Positions 35,461 to 49,811 of a stretch of 64,000 nucleotides of DNA are shown in pieces. The stretch comes from the human T2T-CHM13v2.0 reference genome, Homo sapiens, in NCBI GenBank assembly GCA_009914755.4, contig CP086569.2:12928001-12992000 (forward strand), given 5' to 3'. Positions within the stretch are counted from its first letter, which is position 1. Each line of letters opens with the position of its first letter. The notes under the pieces were generated by a model. It was not told where the DNA came from, searched no databases, and worked only from the letters and a program-made list of their open reading frames with translations. The translations under genes were made by a program, and so were the position numbers.

Positions 35461-37524
35461 AATTTAAAAGCAAATGGCATATATGAGTAGAAAGTTTTCA
35501 TTTTGTAAGTGGAAAATGAGTTCTGAAGATGGATGGTGATGGTTGCACAATAACATGAATATATTTAACACTACTTCAGGGTACACTTAAAAATGGTGAA
35601 GATAATAGCTTTTGCATTATGTTCATGCAATTTTAAAAATATACAGTACCAAAAAATGGTCCTTTCCTCCTCTTAGGATAATGGTAGACATACATCAATG
35701 CATACATTTTACTCTGAAGTCACTTGCAAGATAGCCTGCTAAATGATTTCAAGTCCCTCTTGCTGGTTCAATGAGAAGCAGAGAAAATAACCATGTTCCT
35801 ATATCACAGTAGAGGACATGCAAACTGCAGCTGATTGATATCACAGGCCATACCAAGGAGAAGGCCACACTTGGATTGCATTTTCCTGTCACCATGGATG
35901 TTCTATTAAAGAGATATTAGCAGAAATCCATTCTTAAAAAACGTGTTCATTTCTTTTTCCAGCACTTTAAATTGAAGGAACACATTTTCTCAATGGGAAA
36001 GCTCTAAGATATGTGCCCCCAGGCAAGCAAGTCTTGGATATATTACTAAAAGTTGCATTGGCCAATGTGGGTGGAGCCCTCTGGATACAGATGAGAGTCT
36101 TGGGAATTTAAAGTCTACATATTTTTATTTAATCTTTACATCAGTATTGATAACAGTCCATTGTTATCTGTGTTTTTCAGCCTAGGTGACTGGTACAACT
36201 CACCACTGGTCACCCAGTCAGAAAACGTGCATTCAGGATTCAAACCCAATTAGCTTGCCTTAAGAGCCTAAAAATTCTTGCCAGTTTCCTGGTCTCTGCT
36301 CAGGTGAAAAACAGCCATTTCTTGGTGTCTTCACAAGATGCATTATCACACTCTTCTTCCTCACATATTAGGTGATTTCACAGAGGTGCAACCTGGAGTT
36401 AAGTATTTTTAAGTGCCTCTTATGTATTTCTGTCCTCATCACATTACATTTAAATCAATCCAATAATATGTATTGACTTAAAACACATCACTGTTGGGGG
36501 CCCATTCCAAGATGGCTGAGTAGGAACAGCTCTGGTCTGCAACTCCCAGCATAATCAACACAGAAGACAGGTGATTTTTGCATTTCCAACTGAGGTACCT
36601 GATTTATCTCATTGAGACTGGTTGGACAGTGGGTGCAGCCCACAGAGGGTGGGCTGAAGCAGGGTGAGGTTTTATCTCACCCAGGAAGCACAAGGGGTTG
36701 GGAGATTTCCCTTTCCTAGCCAAGGGAATCTGTGACAGACTGTACCTGGAAAAATGGTACACTACGCCCAAATACTGCACTTTTCCAACAGTCTTAGCAA
36801 CCAGCAGACCAGGAGATTCTCTCCCATGCCTGGATCAGTGGGTCCCATGCCTAAGGACCCTTGCTTAATGCTAATGCAGCAGTCTGACTGAGATTGACCT
36901 CCGAGGCTGCAGCCAGGTGGGGGGAGGGGCGTCCACCATTGCTGAGGCTTGAGTAGGTAAACAAAGTGGCTTGGAATCTCAAACTGGGCAGAGCCCACTG
37001 CAGCTCAGCAAGACCTATTGCCTCTATAGACTCCACCTCTGTGGGCAGGGAATAGCTGAACAAAAGGCAGCAGAAACTTCTGCAGACTTAAAAGTCCCTG
37101 CCTGAAAGCTCTGAAGAGAGCAGTAGTTCTCCCAGCATGGCTTTTGAGCTCTGAGAATGCACAGACTTGCTCTTCAAGTGGGTCCCTGATCACTGTGTAG
37201 CCTAACTGGGAGACACCTCCCAGTAGGAGCTGACAGACACCTCATACACCTAGAGGGTGCCCCTTTGGGACAAAGCTTCCAGAGGAAGGATCAGACAGTA
37301 ATATTTGCTGTTCTGCAGCTTCCACTGGTGATACCCAGGAAAACAGGGTCTGGAATGGACCTTCAGCAAACTCCAATGGACCTGCAGCAGAGGGACCTGA
37401 CTGATAGAAGGAAAACCAACAAGCAGAAAGGAATAGCATCAACATCAACAAAAAGGACATCCACACCAAAACCCCATCTGTAGGACATCAACATCAAAGA
37501 CCAAAGGTAGACAAAACCACAAAG

Positions 37525-38544
37525 ATGGGGAGAAACTAGAGCATAAAAGCTGAAAATTCTAAAAACCAGAGAGCCTCTCCTCCTCCAAAGGATTGCAGCT
37601 CCTCCCCAGCAATGGAACAAAGCAGGACAGAGAATGGCTTTGATGAGTTGACAGAAGCAAGCTTCAGAAAGTTGGTAATAACAAACTTCTCCAGCTAAAG
37701 GAGCATGTTCAAACCCATAACAAGAAAGCTAAAAACCTTGAAAAAAGATTAGATGAATGGCTAACTGGAATAAACAGTGTAGAGAAGACATTAAATGACC
37801 CGATGGAGCTGAAAACCATGGTATGAGAACTTCGTGATGCATGCACAAGCTTCAATAACTCATTTGATCAATGAAAGAAAGGATATAAGGGAAGGAAGAT
37901 CAAATTAATGAAATAAAGTGAGAAGACAAGATTAGAAAAAAAAAAGTAAAAAGAAACAAAACTTCCAAGAAATAAGGGGCTATGTGAAAAGACCAAATCT
38001 ACATTTCATCAGTGTACCTGAAAGTGGAGGGGAGAATGGAATCAAGTTGGAAAACACTCTGCAGGATATTATCCAGGAGAACTTCCCTAACCTAGCAAGG
38101 CAGGCCAACATTCAAATTCAGGAAATACAGAGAATACCACAAAGATACTCCTCGAGAACAGCAGAACCAAGACACATAATTGTCAAATTCACCATGGTAG
38201 AAATGAAGGAAAAAATGTTAAGGGCAGCCAGAGAGAAAGGTCAGGTTACCCACAACAGTAAGCCCTTTGGACTAACAGCAGATCTCTCAGCAGAAACCAT
38301 GGAATCCAGAAGAGAGTGGGGGCCAATATTCAACATTCTTAAAGAAAAGAATTTTCAACTCAGAATTTCATATTCAGCCAAACTAAGCTTCATAAGTGAA
38401 GGAGAAATAAAATCCTTTACAGACAAGCAAATGATGACAGATTTCGTCACCACCAGGCTTGCCTTACAAGAGCACCTGAAGGAAGCACTGAACATGGAAA
38501 GGAATAACTGGTACCAGCCACTGCAAAAACATGCCAAACTGTAA
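37525..38544 (+). pseudogene. LINE-1 ORF1 remnant
   Basis: Track ORF 37984..38544 is the ORF1p C-terminal half (MKRPNLHFISVPESGGENGIKLENTLQDIIQENFPNLARQANIQIQEIQRIPQRYSSRTAEPRHIIVKFTMVEMKEKMLRAAREKGQVTHNSKPFGLTADLSAETMESRREWGPIFNILKEKNFQLRISYSAKLSFISEGEIKSFTDKQM…). The N-terminal half is interrupted. Confidence 0.85.
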
Positions 38545-38607
38545 AGACCATTGATGCTATGAAGAAGCTGCATCAATTAATGGGCAAAATAACCAGCTAA
38601 CATCATA

Positions 38608-41600
38608 ATGACAGGATAAAATTCACACAAAATAATATTGACCTTAAATTGTAAATGAGCTAAATGCCCCAGTTAGAGTCACAGACTGGCAAATTAGATA
38701 TAGAGTCAAGACCCATCAGTGTGCTGTATTCAGGAGACCCATCTCATGTGCAGAGACACATATAGGCTCAAACTAAAGGGAAGTAGGAACATCTACCAAG
38801 AAAATGGAAAGCAAAAAAAGCAGGGGTTGCAATCCTAGTCTCTGATAAAACAGACTTTAAACCAACAAAGATCAAGAAACAAAGAAAGTCATCATCTAAT
38901 GGTAAAGGGATCAATTCAACAAGAAGAGCTAACTATCCTAAATATATATGCACCCAACAGGAGCATATATATTCATTCATATGCTTATCTTATCATATTC
39001 ATATAAAGATTCATACAGCAAGTCTTTAGAGACCTACAAGGAGACTTAGACTCCCATACAATAATAATGAGAGACTTTAACACCCCACTGTCAATATGAA
39101 ACAGATCAATGAGAAGTGAAGAAGGTTGACAAAGATATCCAGGACTTGAACTCAGCTCTGTGACAAGTGGACCTAATAGACATCTACAGAACTCTCCACC
39201 CCAGATCAACAGAATATACATTCTTCTCAGCGCCATATCACAGTTATTCTAAAATTGACCACATAATTGGAAGTAAAGCACTCCTCAGCAAATGTAAAAT
39301 AACAGAAATCACAAAAACTGTCTCTCAGACCACAGTCCAATCAAATTAGAACTCAGGATTAAGAAACTCACTCAAAACTGCACAACTATATGGAAACTGA
39401 ACAACCGGCTCCTGAATGACTACTAGGTAAATAACAAAATGAAGGCAGAAATAATGAGGTTCCTTGAAACCAGTGAGAACAAAGACACAATGCACCAGAA
39501 TCTCTGGGACACACTTAAAGCACTGTACAGAGGGAAATTTATAGCACTAAATGCCCTCATGAGGAAGCAGGAAAGATAAAAAATTTACACCCTAACATCA
39601 CAATTAAAAGAACTGGAGAAGCAAGAGCAAACAAATTCAGAAGCTAGCAGAAGGCAAGAAGTAACTAAGATCAGAGCAGAACTAAAGGAGATAGAGACAC
39701 AAAACACCATTCAAAAAATCAATGAATCCAGAAACTGGTGTTTTGAAAAGATCAACAAAATTGATAGACTGCTAGCAAGACTAATAAAGAAAAAAGGAGA
39801 GAAGAATCAAATAGAAGAAATATAAAATGATAAAGGGGATATCACCACCGATCCCACAGAAATACAAACTACCATCAGAGAATACTATAAACACCTCTAC
39901 ACAAACGAACTAGAAAATCTAGAAGAAATGGATAAATTCCTGGACACATACACCCTGCCAATACTAAACCAGGAAGAAGTTGAATATCTGAACAGATCAA
40001 TAGCAGGCTCTGAAATTGAGGCAATAGTTAATAGCCTAACCACCAAAAAAAGTCCAGGACCAGACAGATTCACAGTCAAATTCTACCAGATGTACAAACA
40101 GGAGCTGGCACCATTCCTTCTGAAAGTATTCCTGTCAACTGAAAAGAGGGAATCCTCCCTAATTCATTTTATGAGGCCAGCATCATCCTGATACCAAAGC
40201 CTGGCAGAGACACAACAACAAAAAAAGGGAACTTAAGACCTATATCCCTGATGAATATTGATGCAAAAATCCTCAATAAAATACTGGCAAACCAAATCCA
40301 GCAGCACATCAAAAAGCTTATCCACCACAGTCAAGTCAGTTTCACCCCAGGGATGCAAGGCTGCTTCAACATACACAAATCAATAAATGTATCCCATCAC
40401 ATAAACAGAACCAATGACAAAAAACATACGATTATCTCAATGGATGCAGAAAAAGCCTTTGATAAAATTCAACAGCCCTTCAGGCTATAAACTCTTAATA
40501 AACTACGTATTGATGGAATGAATTTCAAAATAATCAGAGCTATTTATGGCAAACCCACAGCCTAGCATTTGAAGTTCTTTCCAGGGCAATCAGGCAAGAG
40601 AAAGAGATAGTGTATTCAATTAGGAAAAGAGGAAGTCAAATTGTCCCAGTTTGCAGATGATATGATTGTATATTTAGAAAACCCCATTGTTTCAGGCCAA
40701 AATTTCCTCAAGCTGATAAGCACTTCAGCAAAGTCTCAGGATACAAAATCAATGTGCAAAAACCACAAGCATTCCTTTGCACCAATAACAGACAAACAGA
40801 GAGCTAAATCATCAGTAAACTCCCATTTCCAATTGCTACAAAGAGAATAAAATACCTAGGAATCCAACTTACAAGGGATGGGAAGGATCTCTTCAAGAAC
40901 TACAAACCACTGCTCAATAAAAGAAAAGAGGACAAAAACAAATGGAAGAACATTCCATACTCATGGATAAGAAGAATCAATAACATGAAAATGGCCATAC
41001 TGCACAAGGTAATTTATAGATTCAATGCCATCCCCATCAATCTACCAATGACTTTCTTCACAGAGTTGGAAAAAAAACTACTTTAAACTACATATGGAAC
41101 CAAAAAAGACACTGCATAGCCCAAGAAAATCCTAAGCAAAAAGAACAAAGCTGGAGGCATCATGCTACCTGACTTCAAACTATACTACAAGACTATAGTA
41201 ACCAAAACAGCATGGTAATGGTACGAAAACAGAGATATAGACCAATGGAAGAGAACAGAGCCCTCAGAAACAAAGCCACATATCTACAACTACCTGATCT
41301 TTGACAAACCTGACAAAAACAAGAAATGGGGAATGGATTCCCTATTTAATAAATGGTGCTGGGAAAACTGGCTAGCTATGTGTAGAAAAATGAAGCTGAA
41401 TCAAAAGAAGCAACCATCAGAGTGAACAGGCAACCTACAGAATGGGAGAAAATTTTTGCAATCTACCCATCTGACAAAGGGCTAATATCCAGAATCTACA
41501 GAGAACTTAAACAAATTTTCAAGAAAAAGAAAACCATTAAAACGTGGGCAAAGGATATAAACAGACACTTCTCAAAGAAGACATTTATGCAGCCAACAGA

Positions 41601-42158
41601 CATGTGAAAAAATGCTCATCATCACTAGTCATCCAAGAAATGTTAATCAAAACCACAATGAGATACTATGTCACACCAATTAGGATGGCGATCATTAAAA
41701 AGTCAGCAAACTGCAGATGTTGGAGAGGATGTGGAGAAATAAGAATGCTTTTACACTGTTGGTGGGAGAGTAAATTAGTTCAACCATTGTGGAAGACAGT
41801 GTGGCAATTCCTCAAGGATCTAGAACTTGAAATACCTTTTGACCCAGCAATCCCATTACTGGGTATATACCCAAAGGATTACATATTATGCTAAGATAAA
41901 GACACATGCACACGTATGTTTATTTGACAATATTCACAATAGCAAAGACTTGGAACCAACGTAAATGTCCATCAATGATAGACTGGATTAAGAAAATGTG
42001 GCACATATACATCATGGGATACTATACAGCCATAAGATAGGATGAATTCACGTCCTTTGCAGGGACATGGATGAAGCTGGAAACCATCATTTTCAGCAAT
42101 CTATCACAAGGACAGGAAACCAAACACCACATGTTCTCACTCATAGGTGGGAATCGAA
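38608..42158 (+). pseudogene. LINE-1 ORF2 remnant (EN and RT), many stops and deletions
   Basis: The fragments are 39928..40191 (…[37 protein letters not shown]…), 40251..40490 (…[37 protein letters not shown]…[15 protein letters not shown]) and 41544..41894 (…[55 protein letters not shown]). Confidence 0.85.
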
Positions 42159-42511
42159 CAATGAGAACACTTGAACACAGTGGGGAGAATGTCACACACC
42201 AGGGCCTGTTGGGGAGTGGGGTCTGGGGGAGGGATAGCATTAGGAGAAATACCTAATGTAAATGATGACTTGATGGGTGCAGCCAACCAATATGGCACAT
42301 GTATACCTAGGTATCAAAACTGCACGTTATGCACATGTACCCTAGAACTTAAAGTATAATAAAAATAATAATAAAATATCAGTGTTCATGTCAAAGCTAC
42401 AGATATATAGACAACACTGTTACTGACTGTACAGACTGCACCCTGTGGAGGGAAATGAAGCTACAGCAGACAAAGATACACAGGTAATGGACACAAGGGG
42501 AGTTTGGAAAA

Positions 42512-42862
42512 TTGTCTTCTTTCCCTGGGGCTGCTATAACAAAACACTACGGACTTGAGGCTTATTAACAGCAGCTATTTATGTCTCACAGCTGGAATTC
42601 CAAGATCAAAGTGTGCCAGATGCAATGTCTGGTGATAACCAGCTTCTTTATTCACAGACAGTGACTTCTTGCTGTGTCCTTACATGGTGGAAGGTGCAAG
42701 AGAGCTCTTTGGAGTCCCTTTTTATAAGGGCACTCATCCCACTCATGAGGCACCGCCTCCACAACCTCATTATCTCTCAAAGGCTCCATCTCCCAACACC
42801 ATGATCTTGAGTGTTAGAATTTTCACACAGAAAATTTGGAGGACACAAACATTCACACCATA
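42512..42862 (+). mobile_element. MLT1-type MaLR LTR
   Basis: TGTCTTCTTTCCCTGGGGCTGCTATAACAAAACACTACGGACTTGAGGCTTATTAACAGCAGCTATTTATGTCTCACAGCTGGAATTCCAAGATCAAAGTG…TTATAAGGGCACTCATCCCACTCATGAGGCACCGCCTCC…GGACACAAACATTCACACCATAG. Confidence 0.7.
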
Positions 42863-42887
42863 GATTAGTAATATAAAAAATGAATAG

Positions 42888-43190
42888 GGTCAGGGCAGCA
42901 GCTCACAGCTGTAATTCCAGCACTTTGGGGGGCTGAAGTGGGCAGATCACTTGAGGTCAGGAGTTTGAGACCAGCCTAGTTAATATGGTGAAACCCTATC
43001 TCTACTAAAAATACAAAACTCAGCCAGGTGTGGTTGCACCTGCCAGTGTTTCAGCTACTCAGGAGGCTGAACAGGAGAATCACTTGAGCCTGGGAGGTGG
43101 TGGTTGCAATGAGACAAGATTGAGACAACTACACTCCGGTCTGAGCAACAAAGCAAGACTACTCAAAAAAAAAAAAAAAAAAAAAAAAAA
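42888..43190 (+). mobile_element. Alu SINE (AluS-like), first of two tandem Alus
   Basis: GGGTCAGGGCAGCAGCTCACAGCTGTAATTCCAGCACTTTGGGGGGCTGAAGTGGGCAGATCACTTGAGGTCAGGAGTTTGAGACCAGCC…, ending in a 27-nt poly-A. Confidence 0.9.
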
Positions 43191-43484
<294 letters not shown>

Positions 43485-44712
43485 TGAATAAATCATATAG
43501 AAAGAAAAAGAAGAAGAGCTGTTAATTCAGTAAAAGGAACTTGGTAACATTTCAGGAACAAAATGGCTTTAGAGTTGGGACTTCCAATGTGTGGGCATTC
43601 AGCATACAGAGATGGGGCCAGAGAGGAAAATGATAGTGAGGTCAGAGAGGATGGGAGGAGATAAGTAAAGCAAAAGGATAGAACCAAAAGGAAAAGCAGA
43701 ATCGAGTCTAGGGGAGAAGGGAACTTGGAAAAGCAGAGGCATTAACCTCTCTATAACTTTGTGAATAACTCTTTGTATTTGTCTGACCTGGGAAAAAGTT
43801 CCAGAGCAACCACTTTCAAGCTTGGGCAAATTTCTCAATTACTCTAAGTCTCATCTTTTCTTTTCTTTACTTTTGTTTTTTGGTTTTTACAGTTGTTTGC
43901 ACAAGAGTAGCAACCATCCAGAGTGGGGTGCATGGAGTAAACTCAGAAAAAGTCATGCTTTAAAAAAATGCTTAGTCCAATGGCTATCATCGAATATGCT
44001 CATTAGGAAATAACAAAATACAACAAAAATTTGAAGGTATGGAGTTGACTGATGATCTAAAGAGTCAGCCATGTGTAATTATAAAAGTTTACAGACCTGA
44101 GATTTATGAATATTTTGTTTGTTTCTAAGTACAGTTGATTTTCATTATTATAAATTTTGTCTTTCTGAACTTGCCTGCTCACTAAAACTTTGTAACCTCG
44201 AAATCAATATGACACTTTTGCAGTCATTTGCAGAGACACACAGAAAGCTGGAAAAAAAATGCAAATTGCTCAAAGTGCATGTTCCCAGCTAAAGTGGGAC
44301 CTGGCCATTCCCTACCTTCTTGTTTCAGCTGTCATACTTTAAACAAGTGGAATTATTGCAGTCCATTGAGTACCATGTGTTTTGCATGTTTGTGCTTTTT
44401 GTTGGTGATTTTGCTGTTTAAAATGGCTTGAAGAACAGAGCTGAAAGGTTGCCTGGGGTCCCTAGTATAAAAAGACTGCAATGTGCCTCACAGAGAAAAT
44501 CTCTGTGTTACAGAAGCATTACTCAGGCATGAGCCATGGTGCTGCTGGACATGAGTTCAGTGTGAATGAGTCAACAATATCTACTCAGAAATATTTTCTT
44601 AAACATAAACATACATAAAACAAGATCATGTATTGACTGATTGATGAAAATGTTGTGACCGGATATCATAGAAACCTAATCTTGTATTTCCCCTAGGAGA
44701 GAGAGTTTATGA

Positions 44713-44960
<248 letters not shown>

Positions 44961-45439
44961 CAACTATCACAAATACTGAGAATTCAATGTAATTTCAATT
45001 TTTATTTCTACTGAAATAAATTGGGGATCTCAATCAACCTAGGAGCCTGTTGGGTTTGCCCATTGCTGAATTGCTGATGATTGTTCCAATGCTGGGATTA
45101 TAATAGGCATTTGATTAACATTAGGTTTATACATCAGGTGAGTAAGGAGGAGACTGGCTTCATTAATACCACATAGTCACCATGCAAAAGTATCACATTT
45201 ATTAGGGAAGTGTGACACTGGCATGGAGAAATCAAATGAATAAAATTCCTATAGTAAATCATGGCTGAACATAATGTAAAATAGTCATTATAGAAAAGAA
45301 ATTATAATTACTTCTCCAATATTCCGTACAATAACACTCTAGGAAGGCAATCACATTACTAGTATTGATTTTGACCAATTGTCTTTTCCAGTCATTAAAA
45401 TGAATGACAACCACAAAACCTAAAGTATGCATACACTTC

Positions 45440-45950
45440 TTGTATTATTTTTCTGTGGCTGTTGTAACAAATTACTACAATCTGGGTGGATTGTGGAACC
45501 AGCCAAAATGCCCCTCAATCAATAGGTTGGCAAAGAAACTACAAAATACACACACACGCACACACACACACACATACACACACACACCATGGAATACTAC
45601 TCAGCCATAAAAAAGAATAAATTAATGGCATTTGCAGCAGCCTGGATGGGATTAGAAAAGATTATTCTAAATGAAGTCACTCAGGAATGGAAAACCAAGC
45701 ATCATATGTTCTCACTCATAAGTAGGAGCTAAGCTATGAGGATGCAAAGGCATAAAAATGATAAAATGGACACTGGGGACTTGGGAAAAAGGGAAGGGGG
45801 TGAGGGATAAAATGTTACAAATTGGGTTCAGTGTATATTGCTCTGATGATGGGTGCACCAAAATCTCACAAATCACCACTGAATAACTTATGTAACTAGA
45901 TACCACCTGTTCCCCCAAAACCTACGGAAATGAAAAAAAAAATTTAAAAA
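45440..45950 (+). mobile_element. Old LINE-1 3' end fragment containing a (CA)n microsatellite (45548-45588)
   Basis: …CAAAATGCCCCTCAATCAATAGGTTGGCAAAGAAACTACAAAATACACACACACGCACACACACACACACATACACACACACACCATGGAATACTACTCAGCCATAAAAAAGAATAAATTAATGGCATTTGCAGCAGCCTGGATGGGATTAGAAAAGATTATTCTAAATGAAGTCACTCAGGAATGGAAAACCAAGCATCATATGTTCTCACTCATAAGTAGGAGCTAAGC…. Confidence 0.75.
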
Positions 45951-45967
45951 GATAGCAGGAATTTGTT

Positions 45968-46319
45968 CTCTCAAACTTCTGGAAGCCAGAAGCCAAAATC
46001 AAGGTGTGAGCAGCAACACACCCTCTCTGGAGACTCAAAGAGAGAATCTTTTCTTTGCCTCTTCTGACTTCTGGTGCCTTTTGATGTTCTGTCTTTTGTC
46101 CACATCACTCCAACATCTACCTCCATGGTCACATCACCTCCTCTTCTTCTGTCTTTCTTGCCCTTTTTGCATATTTTATTTAAGCCACCCAGTTTATGTC
46201 ATTTGACATGCATTAGAGGTAGGTCTGTCCAAATAATCCAAGATGATGTCCTCATCTCAAGACTTTTAGCTTAATTACATCTACAAAGAACCTAATGCCA
46301 TAGAAGGTCACATTCACAG
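45968..46319 (+). mobile_element. MLT1-family MaLR LTR (5' truncated)
   Basis: …TTCTGGAAGCCAGAAGCCAAAATCAAGGTGTGAGCAGCAACACACCCTCTCTGGAGACTCAAAGAGAGAATCTTTTCTTTGCCTCTTCTGACTTCTGGTGCC…TTATTTAAGCCACCCAGTTTATG…. Confidence 0.55.
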
Positions 46320-46666
46320 TGTCTCAGTCAGTTCAGGATCCTATAATAAAACGCCTTAAGCTGGGTGTCTTGAGCAACAAATGTTATTTCCCATAGTTCT
46401 GGAGCCTGGGAAGATGAAGGTGCTGACAAATCTGGTGTCTACTGAGGCTCTTCTTCCTCTTTCCTGGTCTGCAGATGGTGCTATCTCTCTGTACCTTCAC
46501 ACAGAGGACAGAGGGAGCTCTGAGTCTTTTTCTCTTCTTATAAAGACACTAATCCCATCATGCAGGTGCCACCCTCATGATCTCATCTAAACCTGCATAG
46601 CTCCCACAGGCCCCACCTACTAAGACCATCCCATTGGGGATTAGGGCTTCCACATATGGACTTGGG
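46320..46666 (+). mobile_element. MLT1-type MaLR LTR
   Basis: TGTCTCAGTCAGTTCAGGATCCTATAATAAAACGCCTTAAGCTGGGTGTCTTGAGCAACAAATGTTATTTCCCATAGTTCTGGAGCCTGGGAAGATGAAGGTGCTGAC…TTATAAAGACACTAATCCCATCATGCAGGTGCCACCCTCATGATCTCATC…CATTGGGGATTAGGGCTTCCACATATGGACTTGGGGAGGAT. Confidence 0.7.
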
Positions 46667-47036
46667 GAGGATGTGCTGTATTAGTTCATTCTTAAGCTGC
46701 TAATAAAGACAATCCAGATACTAGGTCATTTATAAAGTAAAAAGGTTAATTGACTCACAGTTCCACATGGCTGATGAGGCCTCACAATCATGACAGAAGG
46801 CAAGGAAGAGCAAAGCCATATCTTTCTGTTACCTGGCGGCAAGAAAGAGGGCTTGTGCAGGGGAACTCCCATTTATAAAACCATCAGCTCTCATGAAACT
46901 TACTCACTATTCTGAGAACAGTATGAGCAAAGCTTTTCCCATGAATCAATTATCTCCACCTGGTCCTACTCTTAACATGTGGGAATTAGTACAATTTAAG
47001 GTGAGGTTTGAGTGGGGACACTGCCAAACCATATCA
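46667..47036 (-). mobile_element. ERVL-MaLR solo LTR (THE1/MST-like), abutting the MLT1 at 46666
   Basis: TGTATTAGTTCATTCTTAAGCTGCTAATAAAGACAATCCAGATACTAGGTCATTTATAAAGTAAAAAGGTTAATTGACTCACAGTTCCACATGGCTGATGAGGCCTCACAATCATGACAGAAGGCAAGG…ACTGCCAAACCATATCA. Confidence 0.75.
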
Positions 47037-48661
47037 CATGCATTCTGTAACTTCAACCAGGGGTTAGAACATGTACTCTGAAATTTAGACCAAGGATAAA
47101 ACATAGACTTTCATTCTGAGGGCCATTTAACTTTCTACACTTCTATACAGAGAACCATCAAGTTAGAAGAAAGCAGCAAATGCCATTGGGATTTTACACA
47201 AAACTAGAGAGAACAGCCACATAAATGCAAAGTAAAACAAAGTAGATCTGAACTTCTCTGGTTGGCAACTTGGGAGTATTTTGTTTCAGTGACATACCAA
47301 ATTCCTATCTTTGCATGTTCCCAGAATTGAGTTCAAATGACATTAATACTACAAAAGCTCATACAATGACTATTGGTAGCAGTGAAAAAGAATGTGGTAA
47401 TTTAAAATTTGCATTAGGTTGAAATGCTATGGAAAACACCTGAGGAAGTCTTATCATCTTTGCTGCAAAATTGTGGGTGACAGACAAGGAATATAAATCA
47501 TAACATCTTATTCAAAGATAATAAATGCACCAACTCAACTAAGACAAACTGATGACAAGCCAAAATACTCTAGAAGGAAAAGAAGGTAACATCTGAACAT
47601 GATCTCAGCTGAGAAAAGTACACTTGGAAAGGGCATATATTTAGCTGTTTCAAATGCTCCATTTCCGGATAAAGCACATGTTTAAATGTTTGGTTGACAT
47701 GAATTAAAAGCAAGTGCTCAATGTGGTACTCTATAAGGTAGGTTTCTGAATCTTATTTATATGATGCCAAATGCATTCATTCATTGACAAATTCATTCAC
47801 TGAACAGATGCTCACAATGTATTCATTGTATGCCAGTGCTATTCTGGGCAATGCTGAGAAGTGTGGATAAATAGGACATACAAACTTCACATTTAGGGTA
47901 ACTGAATCTAGATGTGCTCCAGCAAAAGTGTAAGGTTCATTTGTCTTCTGTCTCCTAGGAAGTAGTTGAGAGCCGAATTATTACTAAGAAGGAACATTGC
48001 AACCCCACCAAAGTTCATGCATACACAAATACATCTGCTTACTGAAAATAATACATCCAGTGAACAGGGTCCATATTGGTCAAAATTTTTCTCTCTTACC
48101 TTGGAAAAAATTAGACTCCTAATGTTAACTGGGCAAAGATTTGCTTCTTTCAAGATCTTACATTTAGATTCATGGCCACTGGTTGAACTGTGTTGTACTG
48201 TGAGCTCATAGCTCGTACTACCAATGTGTCAATCCTTAGCAAAAACTTTTATTAATAACTATGCTTGTGCTGTCCTAGCCTTCCAGTGGCCATAGGTGAT
48301 TGACATTGGTAAGAGGGGGATGCAAGTGATTGAAGTAGAGCTGGGGGCATTGTTGCAGTTTCCATTGCTATTGCTCTGTGTGGTTTTAATTCAAGGGCAT
48401 TTGTTTGGGGAAAAAGCAGTGTTAACATCTTGAATTTGATACTCCCTAGTGAACTAGCTGTGAATTAACAGGTTTTACACTGTAAGAAAGTGAAAAGAAA
48501 CATGAGCAATAACACTCAAGGAGTTTAGGCATGTCTTAGAAGAACACAAAAAGAAAGAGATCAGTTAAGAGTTAATTTTGTGGAATAGATAGTGCTCTAG
48601 GCATGTCGGTTTTCTCCCAACCAAAAGTCAACAATCCATCAAAGCACAGGGCAGCATATAA

Positions 48662-49165
48662 CTGTTGGGAAGTGCATGTATTCTGACATCAGTTAGGAAG
48701 TGTCCATATGGTAGTGGGTGGCATATTGGCCCCCAAAATACATGTCCACATCCTAATAGCAGGTATAGAGGGATGAGACCTTATTTGGAAATAGGGTTTT
48801 GAAGCTGCAATTAAGTTAATAATTTAGTGATGAGATTATTCTAGATTTAGAGGGCTCTCTTAAATCCAATGACAGGTGTTCCTGTAAGAGACAGAAGAGG
48901 AGACACCAATACAGAAGAGAAGTCTGCATGGAGATGGAGGCAGGACTGGAGTGATGTGGCCACAAGCCCAGGGAAGCCTGAAGTCCCCCAGAAACTGGGA
49001 GAGGCAGGAAGGATTCTCTTGTAGAGCCTACAAAGGGAACACCACCCTGAGACACCTTGATTTCAGATTTCTGGTGCCCAGAACTGGTAGAGAATACATT
49101 TCTGTTGTTTAAGCCTCCTGGTCTGTGGCACTTTTGTTACAGCAGCCCCAGAAAACTCAAACACA
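48662..49165 (-). mobile_element. MLT1-type MaLR LTR (minus orientation)
   Basis: Reverse complement of MLT1. …AATCCAATGACAGGTGTTCCTGTAAGAGACAGAAGAGGAGACACCAATACAGAAGAGAAGTCTGCATGGAGATGGAGGCAGGACTGGAGTGATG…ACACCTTGATTTCAGATTTCTGGTGCCCAGAACTGGTAGAGAATACATTTCTGTTGTTTAAGCCTCCTGGTCTGTGGCACTTTTGTTACAGCAGCCCC is the reverse complement of the MLT1 start (TGTTTTAGTC…GCTGCTATAACAAAATACCA…). Confidence 0.7.
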
Positions 49166-49811
49166 ACACTCTGGGTGTGTGCTCCTGCAGTAACTTCCAT
49201 ATACCTCTCACAGGAGAGGAAGGGGATTATTCTTCCAACAAGATGGAGACTTGCACACACGCCTTGGAGACACAGAGGAAGCAAAAAGCACAGAACAGTA
49301 CTGAGAGGCTTCACAGACCCCTGGGAGCTCCTCCTCAGGTGGTAAAATGCCACAGCAATACCTTACAATGGGCACAGAATTGTAACATAAGGAGTGATCT
49401 TCTTTTCTGAGGAGCCAAGGCCAAGAAAACTGATTCTTGCTGAAAAAGAAAGCATTTCCAATGCACATCAGACTCAAATAATTCTTGAAAACCGATATGA
49501 ATTATTTTAGCATGTTGCTTTCATGAACTAAGTTCTTGTCTTCATTTTGTAACCCCTTAAAATTCTCAAAGACTACTCTCAGAGTTGTTAAAGCTGAAAA
49601 AGCTTAACTATACATATAAACACTGTCATATGTCAAAGGGATTTTTCAGCTTATAAAGCATGCTCACTAGGGCTTTGTTCATGAAATACATTCAGTTGCA
49701 CTTCACCCTGGAAACAGAATCTCTTATCCCTGAATCAGAAGGGACGTAGACACATGAAGTCTCAGGGAGAAAAGAGCCATGTTGTATATCATGCTAAATT
49801 AACAAGTTTTG

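Larger units (their letters stand above)
36496..42376 (+). mobile_element. Full-length LINE-1 (older L1PA subfamily), heavily mutated, with small internal deletions and rearrangements
   Basis: The 5' end is GGGGGCCCATTCCAAGATGGCTGAGTAGGAACAGCTCTGGTCTGCAACTCCCAGC…. The ORF1 ATG is near 37525 and ORF2 starts ATGACAGGATAAAATTCACAC near 38608. The 3' UTR ends …GTACCCTAGAACTTAAAGTATAATAAAAATAATAATAAAA. Candidate TSD: AAAACACATCACTGTT (36480-36495) versus AAAATATCAGTGTT (42373-42386). Confidence 0.9.
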